This document shows positions 44,408-58,706 of a DNA stretch of 64,000 nucleotides, in pieces. The notes below the pieces were generated by a model. That model did no database searches and was not told where the DNA came from. It saw only the letters and a list, made by a program, of their open reading frames with translations. The stretch lies in NCBI RefSeq assembly GCF_009914755.1, contig NC_060926.1; one strand, 5' to 3'. The DNA is from the human T2T-CHM13v2.0 reference genome, Homo sapiens. Position 1 is the first letter of the stretch, and each line of letters starts with the position of its first letter. The translations under genes and the position numbers were made by a program.

Positions 44408-44819
44408 CTGCTTTTAACAGCCAGGAGAAGCCAGTAGTAGCCAACAGATCGCGTCTACCAACCAGTTTCACCAACTAGCAGGTAACTCCGGGTTTCCAAT
44501 CTGTTTGAAGAGAAAAGTCAATCCCAGCCAAAACCTGCCAACCCCAGCAGGGGATTCCAGCCCAGCCCACCCCACCCAGGGAAAACCCACACCCACCCGA
44601 GGAAAGCCCACGCCCCCCCTGGGCGACCCCACGCCCACCCCAGAAAGGGCCAACCCCCGCCCCCAAGAAAACACCCAGCCCACCCAAGGGAATGCCAAAC
44701 CCAGCAGAGAAAAGGTCAAGCCCAGCAAAGGAACACGAGAGAGAAAACGTCAATCCAAGCAGGAAACGTCAATCCAAGCTACCAACGCCAAGCCAAGCCA
44801 AGAACGCAAAGCCAAGCCA

Positions 44820-45040
44820 AGCCGCTACAGGCCAGCCAAGCCGTTAAAGCGCGTGCAGCATGCGCGTGCAAGCCATTACAGGCCAGCCAAGCCGTTACGC
44901 GCGTGCGGCGTGCGCGTGCAAGCCGTTACAGGCCGGCCAAACCGTTATGCGCGTGCGTCGTGCGCGTGCAAGCCGTTACAAGCCAGCCAAGCTGCTGCCG
45001 GGCGTGCGCGCGAGGCGTGCGCGTGCGCGTGCGGCGTGCT
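44820..45040. repeat. CpG-rich 50-bp minisatellite (~4 units) upstream of POTE coding exon 1
   Basis: Unit agccgttacaggccagccaagccgttacgcgcgtgcggcgtgcgcgtgca, with units starting at 44820, 44871, 44921 and 44971. Confidence 0.9.
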
Positions 45041-45511
45041 TATCTCAGGTGGCGTCAGGGCACGTGGCACAGACACTGGCCGATGCATGCAACGCGCCTG
45101 CTTAAGTCTTGGCGCCACGAATGTCACTGACAGCCTTGAGTTCCGGCAAACTTCGTGGGAGTCAGCTGAGCTTTCAAGCCACTGAGAAGCCTCTGGTGAA
45201 AAAAAAAAAGCCTCTTAAAGGAGGACTGGGGCTAAGCGTCTGGAACTTGAGGATGCTGACAGCCTCCTTTGAAAAAAGCCCCCAGGACACTCCTGGCGGT
45301 GCTGTTGTGCATGGCAGCAGCTGCAGCTGGGAGCTCGGGCTGACGGAGCTGGCTGCAAATGGCCTCAAAATCGCGGAGCACAAGACGCCCACCGAGCCCA
45401 GGGCCTGCCTGAGGTGCCTTCAACACCTGCTCCTCTTTGCTCCGCACCCAGAACACGAGGCCATCAGCAAGGGGGCATTTGGGGCCACAGGATTGCAGCC
45501 AGCTCCTGCCC

Positions 45512-45635
45512 CGGTGCAGTGTATACAGTGTATACTGCACAGGTGTTGGGTGCACCAAAATCTCCTGAATCACCTCTAAAGAACTTACTCATATAATCAA
45601 ACACCACCTTTTCCCCAAAACCCTAGGAAATAAAA
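45512..45635 (+). mobile_element. L1PB/L1MA 3'-end fragment
   Basis: gggtgcaccaaaatctc...aagaacttactcat...aaataaaa. Confidence 0.7.
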
Positions 45636-45669
45636 TGAAGAACTTTTTGTTTATGCATACCACATATTT

Positions 45670-46905
45670 TTTAACTTTTTTCACAGGTTCATTGAGATAC
45701 AATTTATATATTATTTAATTCACTCATTTAAAGTATAAAATTCAGTTTTTTAAGTGTATTAACTAGTTAAACAATCACCACGATTTTAGAACATTTTTAT
45801 GCTCCTTAAAAGAAACTTTGCACCCATTAGCAATCTTTCCCTATTTTCCCCATTCTTCCTTTAAACCTCTCCCAGCCCTAGGCAATCATCCATCTATTAC
45901 CTAAGAATTTGCCTATTCTGGAAGGATTTGCCTATTCTGGACATTTCATGTAAGTGGAATCATAATAATATAGTTACGTGTGACTTACTACTTTCATTTA
46001 TCATGTTTTCAATGTTCATCCTTTTTGGAGCATGTATTAATATGTTTTTCTTTTTCATTGCCAAGTAATATTTTATTTTATGGACAGACCACATTTTATT
46101 AATCCACTTCAAAATTCATGGACATTTCTGTTGTTTCCTACTTTTTGTTGCTATAAATACTTTTATGTGTAAGGCATTTGTTTTAATTTATTTTTGGTGT
46201 ATACATAGGAGTGAATTTACTGAGTCATGTGGTAATTCTGTATTTAACCTTTGAAGAACGGCTTCATTTTTCTGCATGTGGCTTGCCAATTATACCAGCA
46301 GCATATGTTGAATAGGGTGTCCTTTCCCATTTTCTTGTTTGCTTTGTCAAAGATTAGGTAGTCTGATGCCTCCAGGTTTGTTCTTTTTGCTAAAGATTGC
46401 TTTGGTTTTTCAGCATCTTTTGTGGTTCCATTCAGATTTTAGGACTAATTTTTCTATTTCTGTGAAGAATGACATTGGAATTTGACAGCGGTTGCATTTA
46501 ATCTGTAGAATGCTTTGAGTAGCATTGAAATTTTGACAATATTAATTTTTTCAATTGATATAGGACTTTTTCTATTTGTCACTTTCAATTTCTTTCATCA
46601 ATGTGCTATAATTTTCAGTATACAAATCGTTCACATCCTTCATTAAAATTACTCCTTGCTCTTTGATTTACTTATATATTTGTTTTGTTGCTATTATAAA
46701 TGGAATTACCTTATTTTTCAGATAACAGTTTGTCATTGGTGTATAGAAGCCAATGTTAATTTTGTAACTCTCAACTTTATTGAATATAGTGTTTATCAGC
46801 TGTAATGGGTTTTTTGTGGAGTCTAAAACACAGACAATCTCACCCCTTCCCTTCCTATTTAGATGCCTTTCCTTTCTTTGCCTTGTATAATTACTCTGGC
46901 AAGTC
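45670..46905 (-). mobile_element. Old L1M fragments
   Basis: gcctattctggacatttcat; tgatgcctccaggtttgttcttttt; ctgtgaagaatgacattgg. Confidence 0.7.
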
Positions 46906-47755
46906 AGTTACATATAACGTTCTCAGCATTTGTAATTTGACATCAAATCCATCTGTTGTAATACACTGATTGTTACTTTTCAACTCGAAAACATGGACAT
47001 TTATCACTACTCTCCCTTTCTCTTGGTCTAGTTGTTATTTAAAAAAAAACCTATCAATACAAACCAGGATATTTTTCTACAAAACAATTTCAAACACACT
47101 AAAAGGTTTTAATCTAACAATTTTTAAACTTTCTTTGTCAATGACTTTGAACTGTGGTCTCTCGGAACAAATCCAACACCTTTAGTAGAAAAATTATGTT
47201 AATTCCTACATTATCATTGGGTCTAGCCAAGAGTTGACCAAAGGTGATATTAACAGATATGCTTATTTATTACCTTGTTCTCAAAGTTCTAGCATAAGTC
47301 TTGAAAAATCTAGTAAAAATTTGTAAAGACTATAATTGCACAAACTCCCTCTCTCATGAGTCACACAGTTAATCCAGAATACTATTTCTAAGTTATTGGA
47401 AAGCCAACAAGTAAATATGATGTAGTGTATAAAAATAATCCTAATTTCATTGTATATTCTGTAAGTGACATATGCAATTGATACTATTTACTAAATATCT
47501 CATAATTATATTTATTTACATAGAAAAAAGGAATAAAAAACATATCTATTATCTAACATTTAAATGATTAAAAATACTTGAGATAGCATTGCTACATAAA
47601 TGCTATGTAAATGCTGAAGAAAGTAAAAATGTCATTCCCTACATTTGCTAAATATATTGTGACACATTATAAGCATTTTTAAAATATATCACTAATGGTT
47701 GGGTCAAGTCAGCAAAAATGATTCTAAGTATTTAATTGTGGAAAAATTTAGTACA

Positions 47756-48790
47756 GGGGATAGTATTCATGTGATGGAAGGATTTTAAATGGAACCCAGA
47801 GATTAGCAGCAGCAGTAAGTTTTAATTGCATACCAGGTGCAGAGTCTAGGATACAAGACAGAACTGCAGATAAAATCTGACTCCTTCCAGCATAGCTAGG
47901 AGACATGGCTAACTCCACCTGTCCGGAGACCTTACCTAGAAATCTAACGGCTCCAAACCAGGTAAACAAAACTATTTTCCAAAGTCAAAGCATCAATTTA
48001 TGACATTAAAGCACTTCTAAAACTTAACCTCTGACTTAAATTAGACCAAATGGATAAATTTTGAAGATATTTTTATTTTACCACTGACTTTAACACCATC
48101 TTTATTTCCCAAAGATTACTGAAGTCACATGAAATAAAAGGCATTAGAGCTTCTATTTTTCTTACAAAATATTTAAGAGCTTTCATTTTCTTTTAAGCCG
48201 AGCCATTATATATACATCACATACACAACACTTCTAGACAAGAAAAGATCTAGCAGTTGTTCAGTTTTTCTTTCCCACTTTATGAATCATAACACAACTT
48301 CCACAGACTATCTACGACATGATTAAATTTATCTGACCTGTCCTGTATTTCCCTCTTTTGTAATTAGTCATTCTACTTTAGGACAACAATTTGCCATATA
48401 AGATCCTCTCTCATATAACATTTCTTTCCTTCATAACATTTCTTACAATAAATACATCTTCATATCCACAATTTTCTTTAGATCTCTCTCCCCTACTAAT
48501 TTCTGATGCCCATCCAAACCAAAAAGGTCAGACAACGCAAGGCAAAACAGAGGAGAGCCTTAGATTTTTGAGAGGGACCTGTCTGCTTAAAGTTCTTGGG
48601 GTTCCATGAGGAAAACAGAGGTTTCTCCTAAAATGGGGTTTGTGGAACCTTCTGTTTTTCCTTAAGGAGTCCCAGGTTGTCAGAAATTACCTTAGATCCT
48701 CTCATGTGGGCATCAAGAGTGGCAACAAGAGAGACTGGGGTAATAATTCAGACAACTGAGCAGAAAAAGAAAAACTTACTACTGTCCCCA
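47756..48790. mobile_element. Possible degenerate ERV internal fragment
   Basis: Composition and motifs resemble MER4-group internal sequence; no LTR or ORF identified. Confidence 0.3.
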
Positions 48791-49555
48791 CTGCAATGAT
48801 GGATAAACTGAGGCACTATGCAGTTCAAAAATTCATGTTCACATAATTAGGATCCACAGCTCACTCTCTTAAATAATTTTGCCACCTCTATGCCCAGTCA
48901 CTGATGCACCTGTATGGTAGCTCATGGCCCCCTTGGAACTTAGAACCTGGGTTTCATTCCTGCTCTATGGCTATATAATTCAACAATTTTCCTTTGAATT
49001 TGTTGGACTCTAACCCTGTATATCTCAAATTTTATTAGTATTACTGAATCTTAAAGGGAGCTGTGACGTCTTTAGTCTTTAGAAATATTAAACCTATAAA
49101 CAAGGACTATATGAGGTTAAACAGTATTCAAATTTCTATATGCTTTAAAACATGGACACAATGTATTGAGAAACACACCTACAAAACTGCACCCCATCAA
49201 CTCTGGACAAAAATTTAGATATTATCTCTTCAATATAACCTATCTAGTGGTATTTATACATATTCTTCCATGTATCAACGGTATATTACATGCTCATAAC
49301 CTTAAAAATAACAAGTGTTCAAATTATAGGCCTTACACATTTCTACGGGCTTGAAAAATGATACAATATAGATTGTCTTTAAAGCAGTCAAGAAAATGCA
49401 TAAACTTCTAGAGGAATCAGTAAAATAAAGATAAAAAGTTCACACCTAAAGTAGTAATACTAGGAATAAAAGAGGGCTCGACACTGCAGGTTCTTAGATA
49501 CAAAAGTTAATAAAGCCTCGTTTTTGGTTGTGAATCTTTGCCTTAAAATACACAC

Positions 49556-50266
<711 letters not shown>

Positions 50267-50929
50267 TTAATAATCTCATAAATTAGAACTTACCCCGTGA
50301 CTCCTGCATAGCTCCAAATATGTGAGAGAGATGAAATGGCTGTTTGCCACCAATATTTTTATGTGATGCTTCATTTTTTGATTCTCTGAATAACTACTTA
50401 CAACGCATTAGCCCATTTATGCCAGAGGCTGCAATTTTTTGAATTTTTGCACGAGTGAAAAATCAAACCTTCTAATGACCTTGAGCAGTAGGATGTAATT
50501 AACTCCCTCATGCTTACCATTCCAATAATGGAACACTAGGCATAAGTGGTTTAACACAATCGTGAAAGCATAGCTATTCAAGTAACTAATTATACAACTG
50601 ATTTTTTTCCTCATCCCTAAAACATAGTAAAGGACCAGTTATTTTAAAAATACAACACAGTGACAATTTTGGCTTGTTGTTTGTTAAGGCCATTGCTTGG
50701 CATAAAGAAAACAAAAAGAGGAGGAGAAACAAGAATAGAAACATGAAATAGAAGCAGCAGCAAAAGAAAATGAAGAGGAACAAGAAGATGAGAAGAATAC
50801 ACAGACTAGAATAAGCAAAAAGAACAGGTGCAGGAATTAGAAGGCCTATTATGACACCTTTTATCCCCTCCCCAATTCACAAAATTTGAAAAAGTCCAAG
50901 ACCATCACAACAAAAAAGAAGGAAAAAAT

Positions 50930-51264
<335 letters not shown>

Positions 51265-52289
51265 TCACCCCCTAAATTTTGTTAAGAATGAGACAATGCT
51301 GCCACTCATGCCTGGCTCAGAAGGAGGCCACCCTCCAGAGATTGCAAGAGAAGGGGGAGGACTCCTTTCCCTAAGTGCACCTCCACCACTGCCACCGAGG
51401 CCCATGGTACAGCACCAGCAGGTTCGTCCCCACCCCAGGTCGGACTGGGCCCTGCAGTGCTCCTACTCCCCCTTCCCAGTCCCCAGACTTTCTGCCACTA
51501 CCACCACTAGCACCAATGCCAATACAATTGCTGTCGCCATCAATGCAGCAGCCCACCCTACAAGGTTCCTACCACCTTGCCCCCGCGGGCACCCTCCTAC
51601 CACTCCTGTCGAGCTGCAGTCTCCGTGGCTGCCATCAGTCACACGAGGCGAGCTGCAGAGTCACGCCACATGCAGGCTCCAGCGTACCACAGGTGATTCC
51701 TTCTCCTCCTCCTCCAGCCTGGCTTGGAGCAGCTAGACGGGCAAAGCCAGAAAAGCCTAGAATGGGATGCAGGGAGTGGTAACGTTAGAGCCTCACCTTG
51801 TCATGCTGGCCACTGGGTGGCAGGGACCAGCTTCAGCTAAGGCACTCACACCCACCCACCGAAGTCCAGCCTCTCTTTCTGGCAAAAGGTGGCCAGGAAC
51901 TGGGGCGGGTGTGAGTGCCTATGCTGAAACCACCCCCATCCAGGTGCAACTGGCCAGAAATTGCTGGGCCCACCAGGGCTGCACTCCTTGGGGAGCAGGA
52001 GTAGGAGAAACTCAGACCCAGCCAGCCCTCCCCACTCAACTGCTGGTTCCCATTCCTGACACCTCCACCCACAGTGCCCTGTTCCCACAGTCCCCCGCGA
52101 TGCCCACTAATCCCCACCCGGTAGTCCCAGGTGGTCTCCCCAACACAGAGCATGGGGTGTGGGCGGGAGGTGCAGGCCGGAGAACCGCAGTGGGTGTGGG
52201 GGCCCTGCCCTGCTCAAGATTGCACCAGGAGGAACTCTGGAGTCTGGAAAAGAGAAGAGTCACCCGAAGGAGCAAGGAGACCATGGCTG

Positions 52290-52960
52290 TTGCTGTCCCC
52301 ACCACCTCTGCAGCCGACCAACACCACTGGCAGTATAACCCCCATAGCAACCCTAACCTGACCCCTGCCGCCGGCAGTGTAGCCCCCGGACAGCACACCC
52401 AACACACCCTGTGCCAGCTGCAGGCAGTGTAACCCCAATACCCCCCCAACCACCCCCTCCACAGGCAGTGTAGCACCCGATAGTGCCCACAACCTGACCC
52501 AGCCACAGGTGTTGCTGCACAAGACAATGCCTCAAAATCGCCGCCCCCACCCCACCACAGGTAGCGCAGCTCCTGATAGCGCACCCTGAGTAAGGGCAGT
52601 GCAGCACCCGACAACACTCCTAAACCACCCCCCGCTGCCAGCATTGTAAGCTCCAAATAACCACCAAAACCACTCCCTGCCCCGGGCAGTGCAGCAGAAA
52701 ATAGCGCCCCTAACCCCTCCCCCGCCACCGGCAGTACACGTTAGTGCACACAACCTGCCTCCCCCCCATCACCCCCGCCACCACGGGCAGTGTAGCCCCG
52801 GACAGCCAGCCAAAACCGCCCCCCTCCACCGCCAGCAATGCAACCTCGGAGAGTGCCCCCAACCAGCCCCCTGACACAGGCAGTGCAGCCTCGGGCAGTG
52901 AGCCCCAATAGGACACCCAACCCCTGCCCCCACAGGCGGGCAGTACATCCCCGGATAACT
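52290..52960. repeat. Degenerate C-rich tandem repeat (~45-bp units)
   Basis: Recurring ggcagtg(t/c)agc(a/c)cc...atagcgcccc..aaccccc units. Confidence 0.8.
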
Positions 52961-52963
52961 CAC

Positions 52964-53200
52964 CTACACCAGGACATTTCTACCACTCTGGCCGAGCTGC
53001 AGTGTCCCACGTCACCACCAAACACAGCAAGGCGAGCCCCAGGGGCTCAGGCTCCAGCCTCCAGCATGCGTCGGTGCTGCTCCCTTCTACTCGTCTTCCT
53101 GCCTGGCAGGAGAAGCTCCCGCTACTGGTTGCCCTTCTACCACTGTCGACACCACCAACTGCAGTGAGCCAGTGTCCGAGGCTCCAGCCAGAAACAGGTA
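52964..53200 (-). other. Candidate non-coding first exon of the POTE transcript (5' boundary approximate)
   Basis: Strong donor TAG|gtgagt at 52963, immediately downstream on the minus strand of the CCAAT palindrome. A second good donor (AAG|gtgagg) at 51796 may end a second UTR exon. Confidence 0.45.
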
Positions 53201-53298
53201 GCAGCCATGCCGGATACCAAACGCCCACACTTAAGAGCCTGAAATGACCTGACGCCACCTCCGCATGCTTTACCTACTGAGGTTACGCACATGTGGTT

Positions 53299-53497
53299 CC
53301 CAGACTACATGTTCTGATTGGATGAGAGAAAAACCTCTAGGCCTACTCTGATTGGACTTTATTTTCATGCTGTGATTGGTTGTCTTAAGACTGGCTCTCA
53401 TCCAATCAGAACATGATAATAAAGTCCAATCCAAGTAACCCTGGAGGGTTTTTCTCATCCAATCAGAACATGCAGTCAGGAATCCTCCTGTATATAA
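53299..53497. promoter_or_regulatory. Palindromic six-CCAAT-box candidate bidirectional promoter (REP522-like context)
   Basis: ATTGG at 53317, 53351 and 53375 mirror CCAAT at 53402, 53426 and 53459 about an axis at ~53390; TATATAA at 53491. Confidence 0.7.
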
Positions 53498-53699
53498 TCT
53501 CGGTATATGACTGCTGCTGAAGGGAAGTCAGGCTCTTCCACGTTCCCGTATTTTCCTGTGGAGCTGCTCAGTGCCCGGCTTAGAGGACCAGGAATGGGTA
53601 ATCACCAGCCGTACGCTGGAGGCTGGAGCCGCTACACCGTGGCTCGCCTCGCTGCGACTGGTGGTAACCGCGACCGAGACGGCAGTGCGGCGGAAGCGG

Positions 53700-54912
53700 T
53701 AAGAGGAGGAAAAGAGTTTTGGGATAGATGGAGGGGGTAAAGAGGGTGGTTAGTGCCAAAGGGAAAAGAGGATAGTGAGCAGGAGAGCGCGTTGCAAAAA
53801 GGCGGTGGGGAAAAGATAGTGGGAAAAAAAGTTTTTGGGTAGATGGAGGGAGAAAAACGGGGTGGGGAGCGGCAGGGAGGGAAGGTTTTGCAGAAAGATG
53901 GTGGGTAAAATGTTTATGGGTAGATGGAGGAGGAAAAGAGGGTGGCAAGGGAGGAGGAAAGAGAGGGTGGTGGGGGGGAGAAACAGCGTTGAGCAGTAGG
54001 GAGAGAAGGTTTTGTGAAAAGACAGTGGGGAGAAAAGGTTTTGGGTAGATAGAGGGGGAAAAGAGGGTAACAGGTGGGGGAAGGGAAAAGGGTAGCCAGC
54101 GGGAGGAAGACAAGGTTTTGCAAAAAGATAGTGGGCAGGAAAGAAAGACGGTGGAGAAAGAAAAGACAGTGGGTAAAAAGTGTTTGGGTAGATGGTGGGG
54201 GGAAAGAGGGTAACGAGGAGGAGGAAAGAGGGTGACGAGAGGGAGCAGGGAAAGAGAGTTGGGAAAAAAATGGGAAAATAGTTTGGGGTAGATGGAAGGC
54301 AAAAAAGAGAGTGGCAAGCAGGATAGGGCAAAGAAGAGGACGAGTGGGAAGGGGGGAAGACTGTGAAAAGACAGTAGGGAATATTCTGGGGGGTGGATGG
54401 AGGGGGAAAAGGGGAGGTGAGCAGGAGTGGGGAGAAGGCTTTGCGAAAAGACTATGGTGAAATGTTTTTGGGTAGAGAAGGGAAAGAGGGTGGCAAGGAG
54501 GAGCGGGGGAAAAGACGATGAGGAAAACAGTTTTCGGGTAGATGAAGGGCGAAAAAGTGGTGAGCAGCAGGAGTGAGGAGAAGGGTTTGGGAAAAGACGG
54601 GAGAAAATGTTTTTGCTTAGATGAAGGAGCAAAAGAGGGTGATGAGAGTGGGATGGGGGAAAAGAAGGTGGCCAGGGAGAAGGGGAAAAGACGGTGGGAA
54701 AAAACAGTGGGGAAAGTGGGTAAGTGGATGGGGAAAAGGGTGGTGAGTGAGAGAGCAGAGAAGGCTTTGCGAAATGACGGTGGGGAAAAATGGTGGGGAA
54801 AAAGTTTTGGGGTAGATGGAGGAAGAAAACAGGTGGCGAGGGGGAGGAGGCCAAAGGCGGTCGGGAAAAGAAGGTGGGAAAATAATGGTGGGAGACAAAG
54901 ATTTGGGGTAGA
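53700..54912. repeat. Purine-rich (G/A) degenerate tandem repeat
   Basis: Recurring ttttgggtagatggagggggaaaagagggtg units with extreme strand asymmetry. Confidence 0.85.
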
Positions 54913-57900
54913 TTTTTTTTTAATCAGATTATTTGTATTTTTGCTTTTGAGTAGTTATTTATATATTTTGTGTATTAGCCCCTTGGCTGATGCATAGTTT
55001 GCAAATACTTTCTTCCATTCTCTGGGTTGTTTCTTCGTTCTACTGATTTCTTCCTGTGCTTTGCAGAAGCTTTTAAGTTTTATGTAATTACATCTTTGCT
55101 TTTGTTGCTTGTGCTTTTGACAAGTTTAATGTAATTACATCTTTGCTTTTGTTGCTTGTGCTTTTGATGTCTATTTGAAAATTCCTTGTCCTAACCAGTT
55201 TCATGAAGGATTTATCCTATGTTTTCTTCTCTAGTAGTTTTATAGTTTCAGGTCCTACATTTAAATCTTTATTTTGAGTAGATTTTTGTATATGGTAAGA
55301 TAACGGCCTAGATGTATTCCTGTACATGTGGGTGTTGAGTTATCCTAGCAGTTTATTGAAGAGATTGTCCTTCCCGAATGTGTGTTCTTGGTGCCTTTGT
55401 TAAAAATGAGTACGCCATAAATGGGTGAATTTATTTCTGATTTCTCTATTCTGTTTCACTTGTCTATGTCTGTCATTCCTTCGTTTCTGTTTCTCCCCCG
55501 CCCCTTTTTTTGATAGTATTATGCTGTTTTGGTATTACCATGCTTACTACAGATTTGTAGTATGTTTTGAAGTCAGGTGTGATGCCTCCAGCTTTTCTTT
55601 TTATTCCAGATTCTTTTGTCTATCTGAGGTATTTTGCGTTTCCATGTGAATTTTAGGATTTTTTTTTTCTATTTCTATGAAGAATGTCTTTTGTAATTTA
55701 ACATGGATTGCATTGACTCTCTAGATCACATTGGGTGATATAGACATTTTAACAATATTCTTCTAGTGCATGGACATGGGATATCTTTCCATTTACTTGT
55801 GTCTGCTTTAATAGCTTTCATCTGTGTTTTAGAGTTTCCATTGTGGGATCTTTTGTCTTTTTGGTTAAGTTTATCCCTAGATATAATTTTTTTGGTAATG
55901 AAATAGCTTTCTTGATTTCTTTCTTAGGTATTTCACTATTGGTGCATGGGCGTGCTACTGATTTTTATATGTTGATATTGTATCTTGCAACTTGACTAAA
56001 TTATTTCTAGTAGGTGATTTTGTGGAATCTTTAGGGTTCTCTCTTTCTCTGTGTATATATATGATCATGTCACCTGCAAACAAACAGTTTGACTTCCTTT
56101 TTTCCAATTTGGATGCCTTTTATTGCATTCTCTTGTCTAATTGCCCCACTTAGGACTTCCAGTACTATGATGAATAAAAGTGGCGTAAAAGTAGCCACAC
56201 TTGTTCCAGGCCTTAGAGGAAGAGTTTAAACATTTCCCCATTGATTATGATGTTAGCTGTGGGTTTGTCATATATGGCCTTTATTGCGCTGAGATATGTT
56301 CCTTCTGTACTCATGTTGTCCAGTTTTTGTCATGAAGGAATGTTGATTTTTATTTTTTTCAGCATCTACTGAAATGATTATATGGTTTTTGTTCTTGATT
56401 CGCTGAATGTGATGTCGCACATTTATTTGTGTTTTATTGAATCATCCTCATATTCCTGGGATGAATCCCACTTGATCATGGCAGATCATCTTTTTATTGT
56501 GTTGTCAAGTGCAATTTTCAAGTATTTTGCTGAAAATTTTTTTGCATCTGTGTTCATCAGGGATATTTAAAATGCCTGTGGTTTTCTTTTTGTGTTGTTT
56601 CCTGGTCTGGTTTTTGTACCATGTACCAGGGTCATGCTGTCCTCATAGAACAAGTTTCGAAGACTTCCTTTCTCTTCATTTTTTGGGGAATATTTTGAGT
56701 AAAATTCGTATTAACTCTTTAAAAAACGTTTGGTAGAATTCAGCAATAAAGCCATGATTCTTGTGTTTTTGTTTGATGGAAGACTTTTTATTACTGCTTT
56801 AATTACATTACTCATTATGGATCTTGTTCCGGTTTTTTGTTTATCATTCTATCTTGGGAATTTGTTATGTGTCCAGAAATTTATCACTTCTCCTAGATTT
56901 TCCAACTTGTTTTTATATAGGTGTTTTTAGTAATCTCTTACAATCCTTCATATTTCTGTGTTATCCATTGTAATGTCTCCTTTTTCATCTATCATTTTGT
57001 TTTGTTTTTCTTTTCCTTAGTCTAGTTAAAGCTTGTCAGTTTTGATTTTTTTCTAAAAAATCCAGCTCTTTGTTCCATTGACTTTTTGTATTTTTTGTTT
57101 CTATTTTTAAAATTTCTTCTCTAATCTTTATGATATTTTTTGTGCTAATTTTAGTATTTTATTTTTCTCGTTTTTCTCATTACTTCAGGTGTACTGTCAG
57201 GTTGGCTATTTGAGATCTTTCTATTTTCTCTGATGTAGGCATTTATAGCTATGCCCTTTTCCTCTTACAACTGCTTTTGCTGCATCCCACAGGATTTGTT
57301 ATGTTGTGTTTCTTTTTTCAATAAATTTTTAATTTTCTTTTTATTTTTTCATTTATTTATTGGTTGTTCATGAGCATGTATTTTAATTTCCATGTATTTG
57401 TACAGTTTTTCCTCCTGTTATTGATTTCTAGTACTATTCCACTGTGGTCAGAAAAGATACTCGATATGATTTCAGTTTTGTTTTGTTTTGTTTTTTTTGA
57501 GACGGAGTCTCGCTCTGTCGCCTAGGCTGGAGTGCAGTGGCGCGATCTTGGCTCACGCAAGCTCCACCTCCCGGGTTCACGGCATTCTACTGCCTCAGCC
57601 TCCCCAGCAGCTAGGACTACAGGCGCACGCCGCCACGCCCAGCTAATTTTTGTATTTTTAGTAGAGATGGGGTTTCACTGTGTTAGCCAGGATGGTCTCT
57701 GTCTCCTGACCTTGTGATCCGCCCCCCTCGGCCTCCCAAAGTCCTGGGATTACAGGCATGAGCCACCGTGCCCGGCCATGATTTCAGTTTTTAAAAATGT
57801 GTTGTGACTTGTTTTTTGGCCTAATGCATAGTCTTTTGTGGATAATAATCCATATTCTATTCAGTGGAATGTGCATTATGCAGTTGCGGAGTGGAAAGCT

Positions 57901-58705
57901 GTGCAAATGTTAGGTCTATTCGGTATAGAGTACAGTTTAACTGATGATGTTTTGTTGTCTGGATGATCTGTCCATTGACGATAGTGGGGTGTTGATTATA
58001 GCGAAGCATTGAGGCATTCTGTTATTGTATTGCAGTCTATCCTTTAAGGTCTGTTAATATTTGCTTCTGTGTTTAGTTGCTTGAGTGCTGGTTGCATATA
58101 CACTTATAATTGTTATGCTGCTGTTTACTTTTTCTCATTATATAATTATCTTCATTTTTTTCTTTTTTTGACTGAAAGTCTATATAATCTAAGTAGAGCT
58201 ACTCCTGCTTTTTTTGTTTCCACAGGTGTGCGATATTATTTATCATGTCTTCACTTTCAGTCTATGTATGTCTATAGGTGAACTGAGTTTCTTGTAGGCA
58301 GTATATAATTGGGTCTTGTCTTTTAATTCATTCAGCCACTCTGTCTTAATTGGAGAATTTAATTCATTTATATTCAAGGTTATTATTAACAGGTAAAAAC
58401 ATACTACTGCCATTTTTTACTTGTTTTCTGGTTGTTTTGCTATTCTCTCTTTTTTCTTTTGTTCTTTCTCTCTTCCTTCCTCTTTCTCTTCTCTCTGATC
58501 TCTCTCTTTCTTTCTTTTCTTTCCTCCTTCCCTTCCTTCCTGTCTTTATTTGTAGTGAGATAATTTTTTCTGGTAGTGTGTTTCAATTGCTTGCTTTTCA
58601 TTTTTAGGGTGTCTATTATTGATTTTTGTTTTCTGGTTACCATGAGGCTAAACAACATAATTATATCAAGTTATTTTAAACTGAAGAAAACTTAACTTTG
58701 ATTTG
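54913..58705 (-). mobile_element. Old degenerate L1 (ORF2 region), interrupted by an Alu
   Basis: Recognisable antisense ORF2 tracts (gaagtcaggtgtgatgcctccagc, gatgaatcccacttgatcatgg, ccactgtggtcagaaaagatac); no ORF. Confidence 0.85.
57476..57777 (-). mobile_element. Alu (AluY-like) inside the old L1
   Basis: TSD atgatttcagtttt on both flanks. Confidence 0.92.
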
Positions 58706-58706
58706 T

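Noticed and set aside
43673-45579. Long plus-strand ORFs (254, 226 and 156 aa) around POTE exon 1
   Set aside because: Antisense shadows of the coding repeat and of GC-rich promoter repeats.
51296-53258. Many overlapping 60-230 aa ORFs
   Set aside because: Expected by chance in GC-rich repetitive DNA; no recognisable homology.
53580-54854. 424-aa minus-strand ORF rich in F/P/S/L
   Set aside because: Artefact of a pyrimidine-rich low-complexity repeat that lacks stop codons; no domain-like sequence.
55071-55168. ~47-bp tandem duplication inside the old L1 (a similar ~30-bp one at 42137-42192)
   Set aside because: Ordinary local slippage in dead sequence.
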